From: Patescibacteria group bacterium
GTDB taxonomy: Bacteria > Patescibacteriota > Patescibacteriia > PEXW01
Assembly (NCBI GenBank): GCA_038063455.1
Contig: JBBTVB010000004.1
Coordinates: 75 to 64,074 of the forward strand
Direction of reading: 5' to 3'
DNA length: 64,000 nt
Positions 15,535 through 25,002 of this stretch are shown piece after piece. Both the position numbers and the translations under genes were made by a program. The notes below the pieces were generated by a model that saw only the letters and a program-made list of their open reading frames with translations, searched no databases and was not told the origin of the DNA. How positions within the stretch are numbered: position 1 is the stretch's first letter; each line of letters opens with the position of its first letter.

Positions 15535-15925
15535 TACTGGCGGTAGAGGAGGAATTCGTATTGGCTACTGGTTCGGCAGGAAAAATTTGCTCCCGCAAGT
15601 ACTGCAAATCTTGTGCGGTGGGGGCGTTGACGTCGATGGCTTTAATTTTTTCATCGCCCTTGCGGCCAAACGAGAACGCGTTAGAAATTTTTTCTTTGAG
15701 CGCGGTCCACGCCGACTGGTTGGTGCCGCCCATCGCAATGCGACTGGGTAGGGTTACCACCCACACGGTAAGGATGATGGCAAAAATGATTGCCACCAGC
15801 GCCCACATAATTTTTTTTCGGCGTGCTTGCTCGGCCGCCGGCAAGGGCGGCACGCCAACGCGGTTGGCACGCGGTGCGCGCTTGGGCTGGTTGGCGTTAG
15901 GGCTGGCACTATCGAGCTGGGGCAT
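15512..15925 (-). CDS. Single-pass membrane protein, hypothetical
   Basis: One TM ([19 protein letters not shown]) and an Asn/Ser/Thr-rich tail. Packed between the MBL hydrolase gene and gyrA. Confidence 0.55.
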   Translation of the reverse strand: MPQLDSASPNANQPKRAPRANRVGVPPLPAAEQARRKKIMWALVAIIFAIILTVWVVTLPSRIAMGGTNQSAWTALKEKISNAFSFGRKGDEKIKAIDVNAPTAQDLQYLREQIFPAEPVANTNSSSTASNGNTNAT

Positions 15926-15929
15926 ATAC

Positions 15930-16583
15930 CTAGGCGGCGGGTTTAAGAATAACGACTTTGGTTTCTTCTTGTGGCAAGTCTTTTTTTACGATCTTGAGTT
16001 TGTCTTCTTGGCTGCCGGTGGCAACGCCCATTTGCTTAATGAACGTTTCAATGCCGTCAATTGGAAATCTCTTGGCATCTAGGCCTGGAATTTTGTAATG
16101 CATCGGAATAACTATGCGAGGTTCTAGTTGCGTAATAATATCGACAGCTGCTTTGGCATCTATTGTGTTGTGGCCACCCACAGGGATAAACAGGATGTCC
16201 GCGCCGTTACAGTGTTCAAACTGCTCGTCGGTGAGTTTGGTCTGGCCCAGGTCGCCTAGGTGCACCAACTTCATGTCTTCGGCTTCAATGCGGAATAGGG
16301 TGCTCACGCCGCGCTCACTGCCGTTGCTATTGTCGTGGAAGGCGCTTAAGCCGTGTGCAAATACGCCGCGGACTTCGTACTCGCCCGGGCTGGACGCCAC
16401 ATAGGGTGTGCCGCTTACGGCTGCCACGTTGCTGTGGTCGTCATGGTCGTGGCTTACCAACACCAAATCCGCCGTCACTTTGGGCAGCCGAATCCCAATC
16501 CCGTTATCGTACGGGTCGGTAAGAATGATCGCATTGCTGGTCTGAATTTTGAAGCACGAATGGCCGAGCCAGGTGATAATCAT
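15930..16583 (-). CDS. Metallo-beta-lactamase-fold hydrolase (UPF0173-like)
   Basis: MIITWLGHSCF...VLVSHDHDDH motif. The track start at 16601 is TTG; ATG 16583 is preferred by family N-terminus. Confidence 0.85.
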   Translation of the reverse strand: MIITWLGHSCFKIQTSNAIILTDPYDNGIGIRLPKVTADLVLVSHDHDDHSNVAAVSGTPYVASSPGEYEVRGVFAHGLSAFHDNSNGSERGVSTLFRIEAEDMKLVHLGDLGQTKLTDEQFEHCNGADILFIPVGGHNTIDAKAAVDIITQLEPRIVIPMHYKIPGLDAKRFPIDGIETFIKQMGVATGSQEDKLKIVKKDLPQEETKVVILKPAA

Positions 16584-16624
16584 AATAGATTTTGCGGACA
16601 AAAAACGGACTCAGTAGCCCTCGT

Positions 16625-16653
16625 AGTGTACTAAAAAAATAGCCTCTTGGCAA
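16625..16653 (-). promoter_or_regulatory. Sigma70-like promoter (TTGCCA-N17-TACACT)
   Basis: Read on the minus strand upstream of the MBL hydrolase gene. Confidence 0.45.
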
Positions 16654-16927
16654 GGGTATTTTTGCCTAAAATAAGGGCTAAATTATCCTTACCTTTACAC
16701 CATGAGTACCCACAATCGATCTCCCCGCCCTGCGCAGTCCCGTCAGCAGACGGGACGGAACAGTCGTTGCCAGGGTAGGGGGTGCCGGGGGCCTAGGGGG
16801 TGGCCTTCGAAACTCTGAACCCCCTGGCCCCTGGTGGAAAAAACATACCCAGGGTGAAATGCGTAAAACGTAAGATACTTTACGACAAACCTTTATGATC
16901 CTGAATACTAAAAGGGGGGCTCGCGTG

Positions 16928-17124
16928 TACGTGACGACGAAGTCATGTTTCTTCTGGTATGGTAGGTCAGTCACGCATTCGCCACCCTTTCTTACCCAAG
17001 AAAGGGTGGCGCCTAAAGAGTGCTGGGGGTTCTCGAACGCGTGCCCAGAGTAGGGAAGATTAGACTCGTATAGAGCAGGTCCGCTTCTCGAACCCCCAGA
17101 CCCCGAAGATGTTCTTAAAATGCT
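16928..17124. repeat. About 200-bp structured repeat, copy B (inverted relative to copy A at 5633-5833)
   Basis: See copy A. The long-range stem CTGGGGGTTC/GAACCCCCAG is kept in both copies, with different but still complementary distal base pairs. Confidence 0.85.
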
Positions 17125-17181
17125 AACACTTTAATAAGCTCTCCCATGTTGGGGGGCACTAAATTTAACTATACAAATGCC

Positions 17182-18153
17182 TCACGCTGCTAGAGGCAGG
17201 TTGCGGTCAATATCCTCGTCGTCCGTATCATCCGTGCTTTTTGCCGGACGGAGATCAGTGACTTCAGTGTCACCAGCTGGCGTTGGGCTGCCCGCGCCCT
17301 GCTCGGCCGCATACTTGCCGGCCAAACCACCAGACGTACCCGCAGCGGCAGGGGATTCGTTTGGTGCAGGTGCAGTCCCACGCGTGTCTGGTGCGCCAAC
17401 TGCCGGGACCGAACGGCCTGCGCCCACACGCCCCAAACCACCCAGGCCGGCAAGCTGCACCGCAGAGCGGGCGGGGCCAGTGGCACTATTTGGCTGGCCG
17501 GGAATGGGCACGCCTGGTTGCGGTTGGCCCGCTGTTCGGGTATCACCCGCCACCGAGGTTTGCACACCTTTGCGGGTGGTGGCCGAGCTCGCTGCGCCAG
17601 GCGCGCGCCCACTGGTGTCGGTGGTGGTTGCAAGTTTCGCCGCAAACCCCGAAGGCTTGCCCGCCGCATCTTCGGCTCGCAGCCGTTGTGACCGGCCAAT
17701 AAGAATGTTGGCTTGCTTGCGTCTTTCTTGGCGTTTAAGTTCTTCGGGCGTGGGGCCAGTGTCTTTACTCTTTTCTTGTTCTGATTGTTGGCCGACGGCG
17801 TAACGGTCAACTTTTTTTAAAAATTCTGCGTTATTAAAATCTTGGCGCAACTTACTGCCCTCGTAGGCCCGCACGCCAATTTTTTCTAAGGCGTGCCGGT
17901 TGGCGGTAAATTTTGGATGCGCCTTTAAAAACTCGGTAAGTTCTTTTACCGAGTGTTTCATTTCGTTGCGGGTAATAAACTTCTGCCCGCCGCGTAGCAT
18001 GCCCAGGTGGGGCCCCTGCACCTTGCCCAGGACGTCTTTCTTAAAAGCATTCTTACTTATACCTTTGTTGTGGTACTTGTCGTCGCTCTTGGCGATCATG
18101 GAATGCAAAACCTGCCGGGCAATATCTGTATGGATTCTGGTTACGCGAGCCAT
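17182..18153 (-). CDS. Hypothetical protein: about 130-aa basic N-terminal domain plus about 190-aa Gly/Ala/Pro/Thr-rich low-complexity tail
   Basis: Longest ORF of three overlapping frames. The N-terminal part has normal composition (MARVTRIHTDIARQVLHSMIAKSDDKYHNKG...). Confidence 0.6.
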   Translation of the reverse strand: MARVTRIHTDIARQVLHSMIAKSDDKYHNKGISKNAFKKDVLGKVQGPHLGMLRGGQKFITRNEMKHSVKELTEFLKAHPKFTANRHALEKIGVRAYEGSKLRQDFNNAEFLKKVDRYAVGQQSEQEKSKDTGPTPEELKRQERRKQANILIGRSQRLRAEDAAGKPSGFAAKLATTTDTSGRAPGAASSATTRKGVQTSVAGDTRTAGQPQPGVPIPGQPNSATGPARSAVQLAGLGGLGRVGAGRSVPAVGAPDTRGTAPAPNESPAAAGTSGGLAGKYAAEQGAGSPTPAGDTEVTDLRPAKSTDDTDDEDIDRNLPLAA

Positions 18154-18373
18154 GAAAATACTATATCAGAAAAAGACCTTACGTGTTCTTTTCAATATAT
18201 AGGGTCTGCATTTAACTTACCCCCTTGCCAAAATCCAGGCTTTCCGCTACTCTCTACGGACAAGCACATTTGACAGCTTTCTCGTCTCATTCAATCGCAG
18301 CACGTAAACGCGTGCGGCGAGCCCGATGGCCGCTTTTTACAAGCGCCTCGCGGTTAGGAAATTTTTTGTTTCT

Positions 18374-19579
18374 ATGACTACTACTCCGCAACCCCAGTCT
18401 GAGTTTGCCAAGCTGCTCGACGACGCCGACCAACCCAAGTACCCCAAGGTGGAAGATGTGGTGGAAGGCACCATTATTGCGCTCTCCAAAGCCGAGGTCC
18501 ACGTGGACATCGACGGTTTGCTGACGGGCGTCGTCCGCGGCAAAGAGCTTATTGACGAATCTGGCGAAACCGCGCACCTAAAAATTGGCGACCGTGCCCG
18601 CGCCACCGTATTGGAATTGGAAAATGAAAATGGCGAAATGGAACTCTCGTTCCGTTTGGCCGGCCACGAAAAAGCCTGGGGCGAGCTCGATGCCCTCTTA
18701 GCCAAGCGCGAACCCGTACCGGTGACGATTGTGGCCGCCAACAAAGGTGGGCTCATGGTCAAAGTTGGTCGCGTGGATGGCTTCTTGCCCGTGTCCCAGC
18801 TGACCCCCGAGCACTACCCGCGCGTAGATGGCGGTGACAAGTCCCGCATCTTGGAATTGCTCAACCAGTACGTGGGCCAAACCTTTACCGTAAAAATCTT
18901 GGATATTGATGAGGCCGCCGGCAAGCTGATCGTCTCGGAAAAAGCCGCGTGGGAAGAGCAGCGTTCCGAGGCCCTGCGCGCCTACCAAGTGGGGCAAACC
19001 ATTGAAGGCAAGGTAACCGGCGTGGTGGACTTTGGCATCTTCATTGGCTTTGGCGATGGCCTGGAAGGTTTGGTGCACATTTCCGAGCTGGCCTGGCAGC
19101 GCATCGATAACCCGCGCGGCGTGTTCACCGTGGGGCAGGATATGAAAGCCATGATTATTGGCATCGAAGGCGCAAAAATTTCCCTCTCGCTCAAACGTTT
19201 GGAAGCCGACCCCTGGCAGCAAGCCACGGAGAAGTACCACGTCGGCGACAAGGTGAAAGGCAAGGTGGCACGCTTGAACACCTTTGGGGCGTTCGTCGAG
19301 CTGGACGAAATTGTGCATGGCCTATGCCACATTTCCGAGCTCTCACACAGCCGCGTGAAAGATCCTGGCGAAATTGTGCGCCCAGGTGACGTGAAAGAAT
19401 TTAAAATTATTTCGTTCGACCCCGTCCAGCACCGCTTGGGCCTGTCCATGAAAGCCCTTACCCCCGCCCCCGAAGGCAGCGAGGAAGACAAGAAAGAAAA
19501 GGGCGAGGAAAAAACGGAGAAGTCAGCGGAAGGGGAGTCTGCAAACGAAGCAACGCCGACCGAAGAAACGAAAGAGTAA
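18374..19579 (+). CDS. rpsA: 30S ribosomal protein S1 (four S1 domains, acidic tail)
   Basis: Repeated G.V.G.V....G.F(I/V)....G(L/F)(L/V)H.S(E/Q)L S1-domain pattern. Start set at ATG 18374. Confidence 0.88.
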   Translation: MTTTPQPQSEFAKLLDDADQPKYPKVEDVVEGTIIALSKAEVHVDIDGLLTGVVRGKELIDESGETAHLKIGDRARATVLELENENGEMELSFRLAGHEKAWGELDALLAKREPVPVTIVAANKGGLMVKVGRVDGFLPVSQLTPEHYPRVDGGDKSRILELLNQYVGQTFTVKILDIDEAAGKLIVSEKAAWEEQRSEALRAYQVGQTIEGKVTGVVDFGIFIGFGDGLEGLVHISELAWQRIDNPRGVFTVGQDMKAMIIGIEGAKISLSLKRLEADPWQQATEKYHVGDKVKGKVARLNTFGAFVELDEIVHGLCHISELSHSRVKDPGEIVRPGDVKEFKIISFDPVQHRLGLSMKALTPAPEGSEEDKKEKGEEKTEKSAEGESANEATPTEETKE

Positions 19580-19660
19580 AACCTCATTCCACTACCACGC
19601 CTGCCAGTACCCACTGGCAGGTTGTCGGTATCAAAAATCCCACGTATACTACTGCCTACT

Positions 19661-21508
19661 ATGAAAAACCTTGGCCGCAATGTGCTCTACTTCCTCATTG
19701 GACTTTTGGTGGTGTCTTTTTTGTTTGCCAACGTCAACGGCGAGAGCGGCAAAACCACGGGCATGAGCCTGGGTGAAGTCGCGGTCGCCATTCAGAGCGG
19801 CAACGTGAAAAATGCAGTGGTCAACGGCGACAAAGTAACCGTCACGCTCAAGAACGACGAGAAGCGCGTGACCTATAAAGAACCTGCAGAGTCGTTTACC
19901 ACCCTGCTGAAGAACTATAATGTGGCCCCGGAAAAATTGGCGGCCGTCACCCTGGAAGTGAAACAGCCCTCCGGCGCCTCGCTCTGGATCGGCACCTTAC
20001 TCCCTATCCTGCTGCCACTCATCCTATTCATTGGCTTCTTCTGGTTTATGATGCGCCAAGCGCAAAATGTGAACAACCGAGCCATGTCGTTTGGCCAGAG
20101 CAATGCCAAAGAGAACGACGGACGCAAAGAAAAGCCCAATGTAACTTTTAAGGACGTGGCGGGGGTGAAAGAGGCCAAGCAAGAGTTGATGGAAGTGGTG
20201 GAATTCCTCAAGTTCCCGAAGAAATTTACCAACCTGGGTGCCAAGATTCCCAAGGGCGTGCTGCTGGTCGGCAGCCCAGGCACAGGCAAGACCCTGCTGG
20301 CCAAAGCCGTAGCCGGTGAGGCGAACGTGCCCTTCTACCACATGTCGGGTTCGGAATTTGTCGAGATGTTCGTGGGCGTGGGTGCTAGCCGCGTGCGGGA
20401 CTTGTTCCGCCGCGCGAAGAAAGCCGCGCCGAGCATTATCTTTATCGACGAAATTGACGCTGTGGCCCGCCAACGCGGGTCGGGTTTGGGCGGCAGCCAC
20501 GACGAGCGCGAGCAGACGCTCAACCAAATCCTGGTGGAGATGGATGGGTTTGATACGAACACCAACGTCATTATTATTGCCGCCACCAACCGGCCCGACG
20601 TGCTCGACCCCGCCCTCTTGCGGCCCGGTCGTTTTGACCGCCGCGTCATTATTGACCCGCCCGATCTGGCCAGCCGCGAGGCAATTCTCAAAGTCCACAG
20701 CCGCAAGAAACCGCTGGGGCCAGACGTAGACCTAAAAAAAGTTGCGCAGCGCACGCCCGGTTTTAGCGGTGCAGATTTAGCTAACCTCTTAAATGAAGCG
20801 GCAATTTTGGCCGCCCGCCGCGACCTGAAGCAAGTAGGGCAAACCGAATGCCTAGAGTCAATTGAAAAGGTTATGCTTGGACCCGAGCGTAAGAGCCACG
20901 TGCTTACCGAAGCAGAGAAAAAGATTACGGCCGTGCACGAAGCCGGCCATGCCCTGGTGGCAGCGTCACTGCCAAACGCCGACCCCGTGCACAAAGTCTC
21001 AATTATTTCTCGGGGCCAAGCCGCCGGCTACACCCTCAAGCTGCCGGAGATTGAAAAACACTTGCACAGCCGCGCGGAATTTATTGACGACCTGGCCGTG
21101 ATGCTGGCCGGCAACGTGGCCGAACGCGAAGTGTTTGGCGACGTCACCACCGGCGCGCAAAATGATTTCCGCCAAGCCACCCGCCTAGCCCGCAAGATGG
21201 TAACGGAATTTGGCATGAGCGAGCTGGGCATGCGCGCCTACGGCAATAAAGAAGAGATGATCTTCTTGGGTCGGGAAATTAGCGAGCAGCGCGACTACTC
21301 GGAAAAAGTCGCCGAGGGCATTGATGCCGCCGTCGACAAATTCCTAAAGCAAGCCGCCGAAACCGCCAAGAAAAATATTAAGAAACTGCGACCGGCACTG
21401 GATGCCATTGTGGCCACACTCTTAGAGAAAGAAACCTTGGAACAGGAAGAGTTTGCGGTGCTGGTGCGACCTTTCTTGGGCAGCCGGACGACGACCGAAG
21501 GGGCCTAA
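19661..21508 (+). CDS. ftsH: ATP-dependent zinc metalloprotease FtsH
   Basis: [17 protein letters not shown] Walker [10 protein letters not shown], the second region of homology, and HEAGHAL zinc site. Confidence 0.97.
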   Translation: MKNLGRNVLYFLIGLLVVSFLFANVNGESGKTTGMSLGEVAVAIQSGNVKNAVVNGDKVTVTLKNDEKRVTYKEPAESFTTLLKNYNVAPEKLAAVTLEVKQPSGASLWIGTLLPILLPLILFIGFFWFMMRQAQNVNNRAMSFGQSNAKENDGRKEKPNVTFKDVAGVKEAKQELMEVVEFLKFPKKFTNLGAKIPKGVLLVGSPGTGKTLLAKAVAGEANVPFYHMSGSEFVEMFVGVGASRVRDLFRRAKKAAPSIIFIDEIDAVARQRGSGLGGSHDEREQTLNQILVEMDGFDTNTNVIIIAATNRPDVLDPALLRPGRFDRRVIIDPPDLASREAILKVHSRKKPLGPDVDLKKVAQRTPGFSGADLANLLNEAAILAARRDLKQVGQTECLESIEKVMLGPERKSHVLTEAEKKITAVHEAGHALVAASLPNADPVHKVSIISRGQAAGYTLKLPEIEKHLHSRAEFIDDLAVMLAGNVAEREVFGDVTTGAQNDFRQATRLARKMVTEFGMSELGMRAYGNKEEMIFLGREISEQRDYSEKVAEGIDAAVDKFLKQAAETAKKNIKKLRPALDAIVATLLEKETLEQEEFAVLVRPFLGSRTTTEGA

Positions 21509-21626
21509 CGCCTGCCCGAACCTGAACGTGCGGGGAAACATGCAGCCGGACGGCGCTGTGCCCTGCCGATATTTGTGATGCGGGAATCGTTTGCAGGAAG
21601 CGAACGGCGCGGGTATACTGCTAGGC

Positions 21627-22664
21627 ATGGAGGACACAAAAGCAAACCCAAACGTGTACCGGCAGACCCTGCGCGAGGCCTGGCGCCTAACCTGGCAGCA
21701 CAAGTTTTTGTGGTTCTTCGGGTTTTTTGCCTTCTTGCTAAATATTGGCATTCTCAGTGGCGCGGTCAGCTTTATTCAGAATATCGGCACGGTTAGCACG
21801 CAGGCCGAAACCGCAGCGAATGCGCGGATTATTTATGAAAATCAAACATTGAATTTTATTTGGAATAACATAAAAACCTTTGGTGCCGAGTTGTCGTTTC
21901 AGAATGTCCTAACCCTGGTTATTATTGCCGGCATCTTTGCCTTTTTTATCTGGATGTCAGTGGTTGCCCAAGGCGCGCTTATTGCCGCCACGGGCAGCTT
22001 CCGCGCTGGCAAAAGCACCACGCCGGAGGACAGCTTTCGACAAGGCACAAAAAATTTCTGGCCAGTGCTGTGGCTTAACCTGCTACGCTATGCCGCCACT
22101 ACTGGGTTGGCAGTCCTAGTTACGATTCCGTTGCTCACGTTATTCTTGACGCAAGAAAATGGTACGTGGCTTACCTTGCTCACGCTACTCAACTTCCTCA
22201 TCCTTATCCCGCTGGCCACGGTGGTGGGCTTCTTACTGCAGTTTGCATTAGCCAGCGCGGTACTAAAAAAGCGTAAACTCGGCGCAGCCATTATGGACGC
22301 CGTACGCCTGTTTCGCAGCCACTGGCTAGCCACCATAGAAATGTCCCTGCTCTTGCTGTTGATTGTGGGCATTGCCGCCTACCTGTTTAGCCTGGTGTTC
22401 AGCGATAATCTCGTCGAAGTGTACCTGGCGCAAAGTGCGGGCTACACCGTGGGTTTCAAGCAGTACTTCACCGTAACCTTTGCGCTCTTTGTTATTGCGA
22501 ATGTGGTATTCAACGGCATTGTCGTAGCCTTTAACTTTGTGGTGACCACGTTGTTCTACCACAAGCTGCAAGAAGGTGTTTTTACCTCAAAGCTCGTGCG
22601 TATGTTTGGCCACTGGGGCAAGGTGGGGGAATCAAAAAAACCCGCTTTGAAGATGACAAAATAG
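21627..22664 (+). CDS. Polytopic membrane protein, hypothetical
   Basis: At least 6 hydrophobic segments. Promoter-like TTGCAG-N16-TATACT ends 8 nt before ATG 21627. Confidence 0.6.
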   Translation: MEDTKANPNVYRQTLREAWRLTWQHKFLWFFGFFAFLLNIGILSGAVSFIQNIGTVSTQAETAANARIIYENQTLNFIWNNIKTFGAELSFQNVLTLVIIAGIFAFFIWMSVVAQGALIAATGSFRAGKSTTPEDSFRQGTKNFWPVLWLNLLRYAATTGLAVLVTIPLLTLFLTQENGTWLTLLTLLNFLILIPLATVVGFLLQFALASAVLKKRKLGAAIMDAVRLFRSHWLATIEMSLLLLLIVGIAAYLFSLVFSDNLVEVYLAQSAGYTVGFKQYFTVTFALFVIANVVFNGIVVAFNFVVTTLFYHKLQEGVFTSKLVRMFGHWGKVGESKKPALKMTK

Positions 22665-22749
22665 TTATCTGAAGAGTAAGTCTTCAAAGACGACGCGTTG
22701 GATCGAACTACGCAATCAATACCGCCCCGCCCGGGTTAGGTGTATTTTT

Positions 22750-23190
22750 GTGCTTGAATCTCCACCTGCGGGCGGTGGCTACTTCTACGACCCACTCGGA
22801 CGTGTAAGCGAGGTTCTTTTTCGGTCATTCATGCAAACCCTTTTTGGAAAAAAGTTTACTACGAAGCATGAGGGTTTAATAATTTTTCAACACGCAGGTT
22901 ACATGATCATTAATGCGATCTACGCGCCAGTTAATAAACTAACCGATAAGGAGGCCGATCGACGTATACTAGATAACTATATAAATCTTAAAAAAGAATT
23001 GCGTCGGTACTGCAAGCCAGAAACTACTATCATTCTAGTGAAAGCAAACATCTGTAAACTCCTTGAGAGCAAACTCTTAGCGGATGGATTCCCAATCGCG
23101 AATAAAGGTAGGATAATCCCTTTCCCCCTGCATTATCATTTTCCGGACTTCAAAGGTAAAATTCGAAAAATACTCCCGAAGTCCAGGTAA
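22750..23190 (+). CDS. Hypothetical protein in AT-rich island (start uncertain; ATG 22831 possible)
   Basis: The only long ORF here. No motif recognised. Confidence 0.4.
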   Translation: MLESPPAGGGYFYDPLGRVSEVLFRSFMQTLFGKKFTTKHEGLIIFQHAGYMIINAIYAPVNKLTDKEADRRILDNYINLKKELRRYCKPETTIILVKANICKLLESKLLADGFPIANKGRIIPFPLHYHFPDFKGKIRKILPKSR

Positions 23191-23281
23191 CTGATCGTCC
23201 CCCAAGTCGGCGAAGTAAAAACCATGCCCCGAAGGCTAACCGGTCAGAAGTGTTTACTGTATTGAAAAAAATGTAAATAAT

Positions 23282-23314
23282 AAAAACCCCGACTTGTCTA
23301 ATCGGGGTGTTTTG
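23282..23314. terminator. Bidirectional terminator
   Basis: AAAAACCCCGActtgtctaaTCGGGGTGTTTTG lies between convergent genes. Confidence 0.65.
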
Positions 23315-23330
23315 CTGTTAGTATTTTAGC

Positions 23331-23939
23331 CTATAGCAAATGTAGAAGCTCATGCAGGTTCGATATGCAATGGTCAGCGCCGTTCAGTTCAAGCACTTCA
23401 CGAGTACCTCTCCCTCGGGTGATGCCAACTGCAATGACGCCCGCCCGCTTCGCGTCTCGAACATCGGATATGAGATCGCCAACATAGTACGTTTCAAACG
23501 GACTTACGCTGTACTCTCGACAAAATTTTTGAATGGAATCAACTTTAACGTTAACGCGGCCAACAACGAGTTGCATGTGTTTGTGGATTCCGGCCTCTTC
23601 GCACCGAGTTACAATTTTGTCTTCGTGGTGTGCGCTAATTATTCCCATCAATACACCACACTGTGCGAGTATATTTACTGCATCGACAACGTCAAAGAAG
23701 AAGAACTGCTCCTCATGACGCGCAACCTCAAAGTACCAACGTACGATATCTTCTTCGGGAGCCGTGACTCCATGCTTCCGATAGAATGTTGCATACGGCA
23801 ATTCAAAGGTTGAAAAAAAGACCTCAATTGATGGCTCGGATAGACCACTCATCCGAAAAACGTTACAGACCCCTCGATATACCTCCCCGATGCTATCAAG
23901 GAGGGTACCGTCATAATCAAATAAGACTGCTGTGGGCAC
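23331..23939 (-). CDS. HAD-superfamily phosphatase
   Basis: N-terminal DYDGTL (DxDxT) motif and C-terminal VGDLISDV...AG motif. Confidence 0.85.
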   Translation of the reverse strand: MPTAVLFDYDGTLLDSIGEVYRGVCNVFRMSGLSEPSIEVFFSTFELPYATFYRKHGVTAPEEDIVRWYFEVARHEEQFFFFDVVDAVNILAQCGVLMGIISAHHEDKIVTRCEEAGIHKHMQLVVGRVNVKVDSIQKFCREYSVSPFETYYVGDLISDVRDAKRAGVIAVGITRGRGTREVLELNGADHCISNLHELLHLL

Positions 23940-23966
23940 TGGCCCCTCCTTATGCTGATGTTATAT

Positions 23967-24587
23967 CTAGGTTAGCTTGATTTGTTCGACGAGCCACTGC
24001 AAGTCTTCGTCTTTTTCAAAATCAAGGGCATCTCGGTCAATTGTCAGAATGCGTTCTGCATGTTGCTTGGTAAAGAACTCAGAGTGCATCTGGTTCACCG
24101 GTAGGGCTTGTGTATGGATAAACTCTTCGGACTTATCGAAGGTCCGATCGCCCTGGGCGATGAATTTTTTGATACGCTCCTCAGAAATTTTGAGAAATAT
24201 TGTCAGGTCTGGCCACCCAAGTAATTGCTGATCTTGGTGGGCAACATCCCACATCAGGTCGTGCTCAAAACCTTCGAGAAGGGTATCAATGAACATTTGG
24301 GGACTTATCCAAAAAACATCAAGAATTACCGTTTTCCCCTCATCACGTAAGCGTATCGCTTTCAAATAACGTTCAACAAGGGTTGTCCGAAACCACAGCA
24401 CGCGCTCAAGAGGTCAAATATTTTTGGCAATATCTTCCTCAATACGGGAGGGGAATTCTCCTTCCTCGCCTTCAAGAAAAAGTTCTGCGTTGAAGTAGGT
24501 GGCAAGCCTGCGAGCCAAATACGATTTGCCGCTTCGTGGAGCACCTACAATCGCTATAATCCGACCTTTATTTTGACTTCGTACCAT
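23967..24587 (-). pseudogene. Deoxynucleoside-kinase-like P-loop kinase interrupted by one in-frame TGA (24414-24416)
   Basis: ATG 24587: MVRSQNKGRIIAIVGAPRSGKSYLARRL...AKNI-TGA-PLERVLWFRTTLVERY... continues in the same frame to 23967. The ERxxWF.T region resembles the dNK family. Confidence 0.6.
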
Positions 24588-24706
24588 AACATGGTCTGGC
24601 TATTTGTCAAGTCAGAGATAGTCTTGGGTGATAAACCTATTTTACACCAATGGTGGGAGAAACTATTATTGGCCCGCCGTACGGAGTGCCAAAATTTCCT
24701 AGCTGC

Positions 24707-24783
24707 TGGTGCGCGCCCCTGGACTCGAACCAGGAACCGGTCGTGTATAAGACGACTGCTCTAACCAGTTGAGCTAGGCGCGC
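24707..24783 (-). tRNA. tRNA-Ile, anticodon UAU (CCA encoded)
   Basis: Cloverleaf by hand: acceptor GCGCGCC/GGCGCGC, D GCTC/GAGC, anticodon stem GTCGT/ACGAC with loop CTTATAC, T arm CCTGG-TTCGAGT-CCAGG. Confidence 0.85.
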
Positions 24784-25002
24784 CCCAGCAAACAGCAAAC
24801 GAACTTGATTACGCTACCAATATTAGGCTTCCATTTCAATGGCTCCGTACTCCGGGAGGCGGGTAAGACGACCGCTCTACCATTGGGCCTTGACCTCCTC
24901 CGGGGTCGCGGATCTTCGTCCTCGACGCTCCTGCGTCGGGACGGGACTACACTCGCGCTATACTACGGGTATCGCTTTGAGTTTCGGGCAGAACCGCACA
25001 AA

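Noticed and set aside
16584-17181. The long ORF-free structured gap as RNase P RNA, tmRNA or 6S RNA.
   Set aside because: There is no GGAAAGUCC/ACAGAA P4 signature, no tRNA-like acceptor/T-arm end pair, and no tag-peptide ORF. The main structured part is duplicated in inverted orientation at 5.6 kb, which fits a repeat better than a single-copy housekeeping RNA. A covariance-model scan is still needed.
24790-25002. Possible SRP (4.5S) RNA or an additional tRNA upstream of tRNA-Ile, suggested by CCGGAGGAGGTCAAGGCC and a D-arm-like AATGGTAGAGC.
   Set aside because: It lacks the conserved SRP GGAA tetraloop and AGCA symmetric-loop motif. It has no TTCGA-type T arm or matching acceptor stem. It is kept only as a tRNA-derived fragment or structured leader in the findings.
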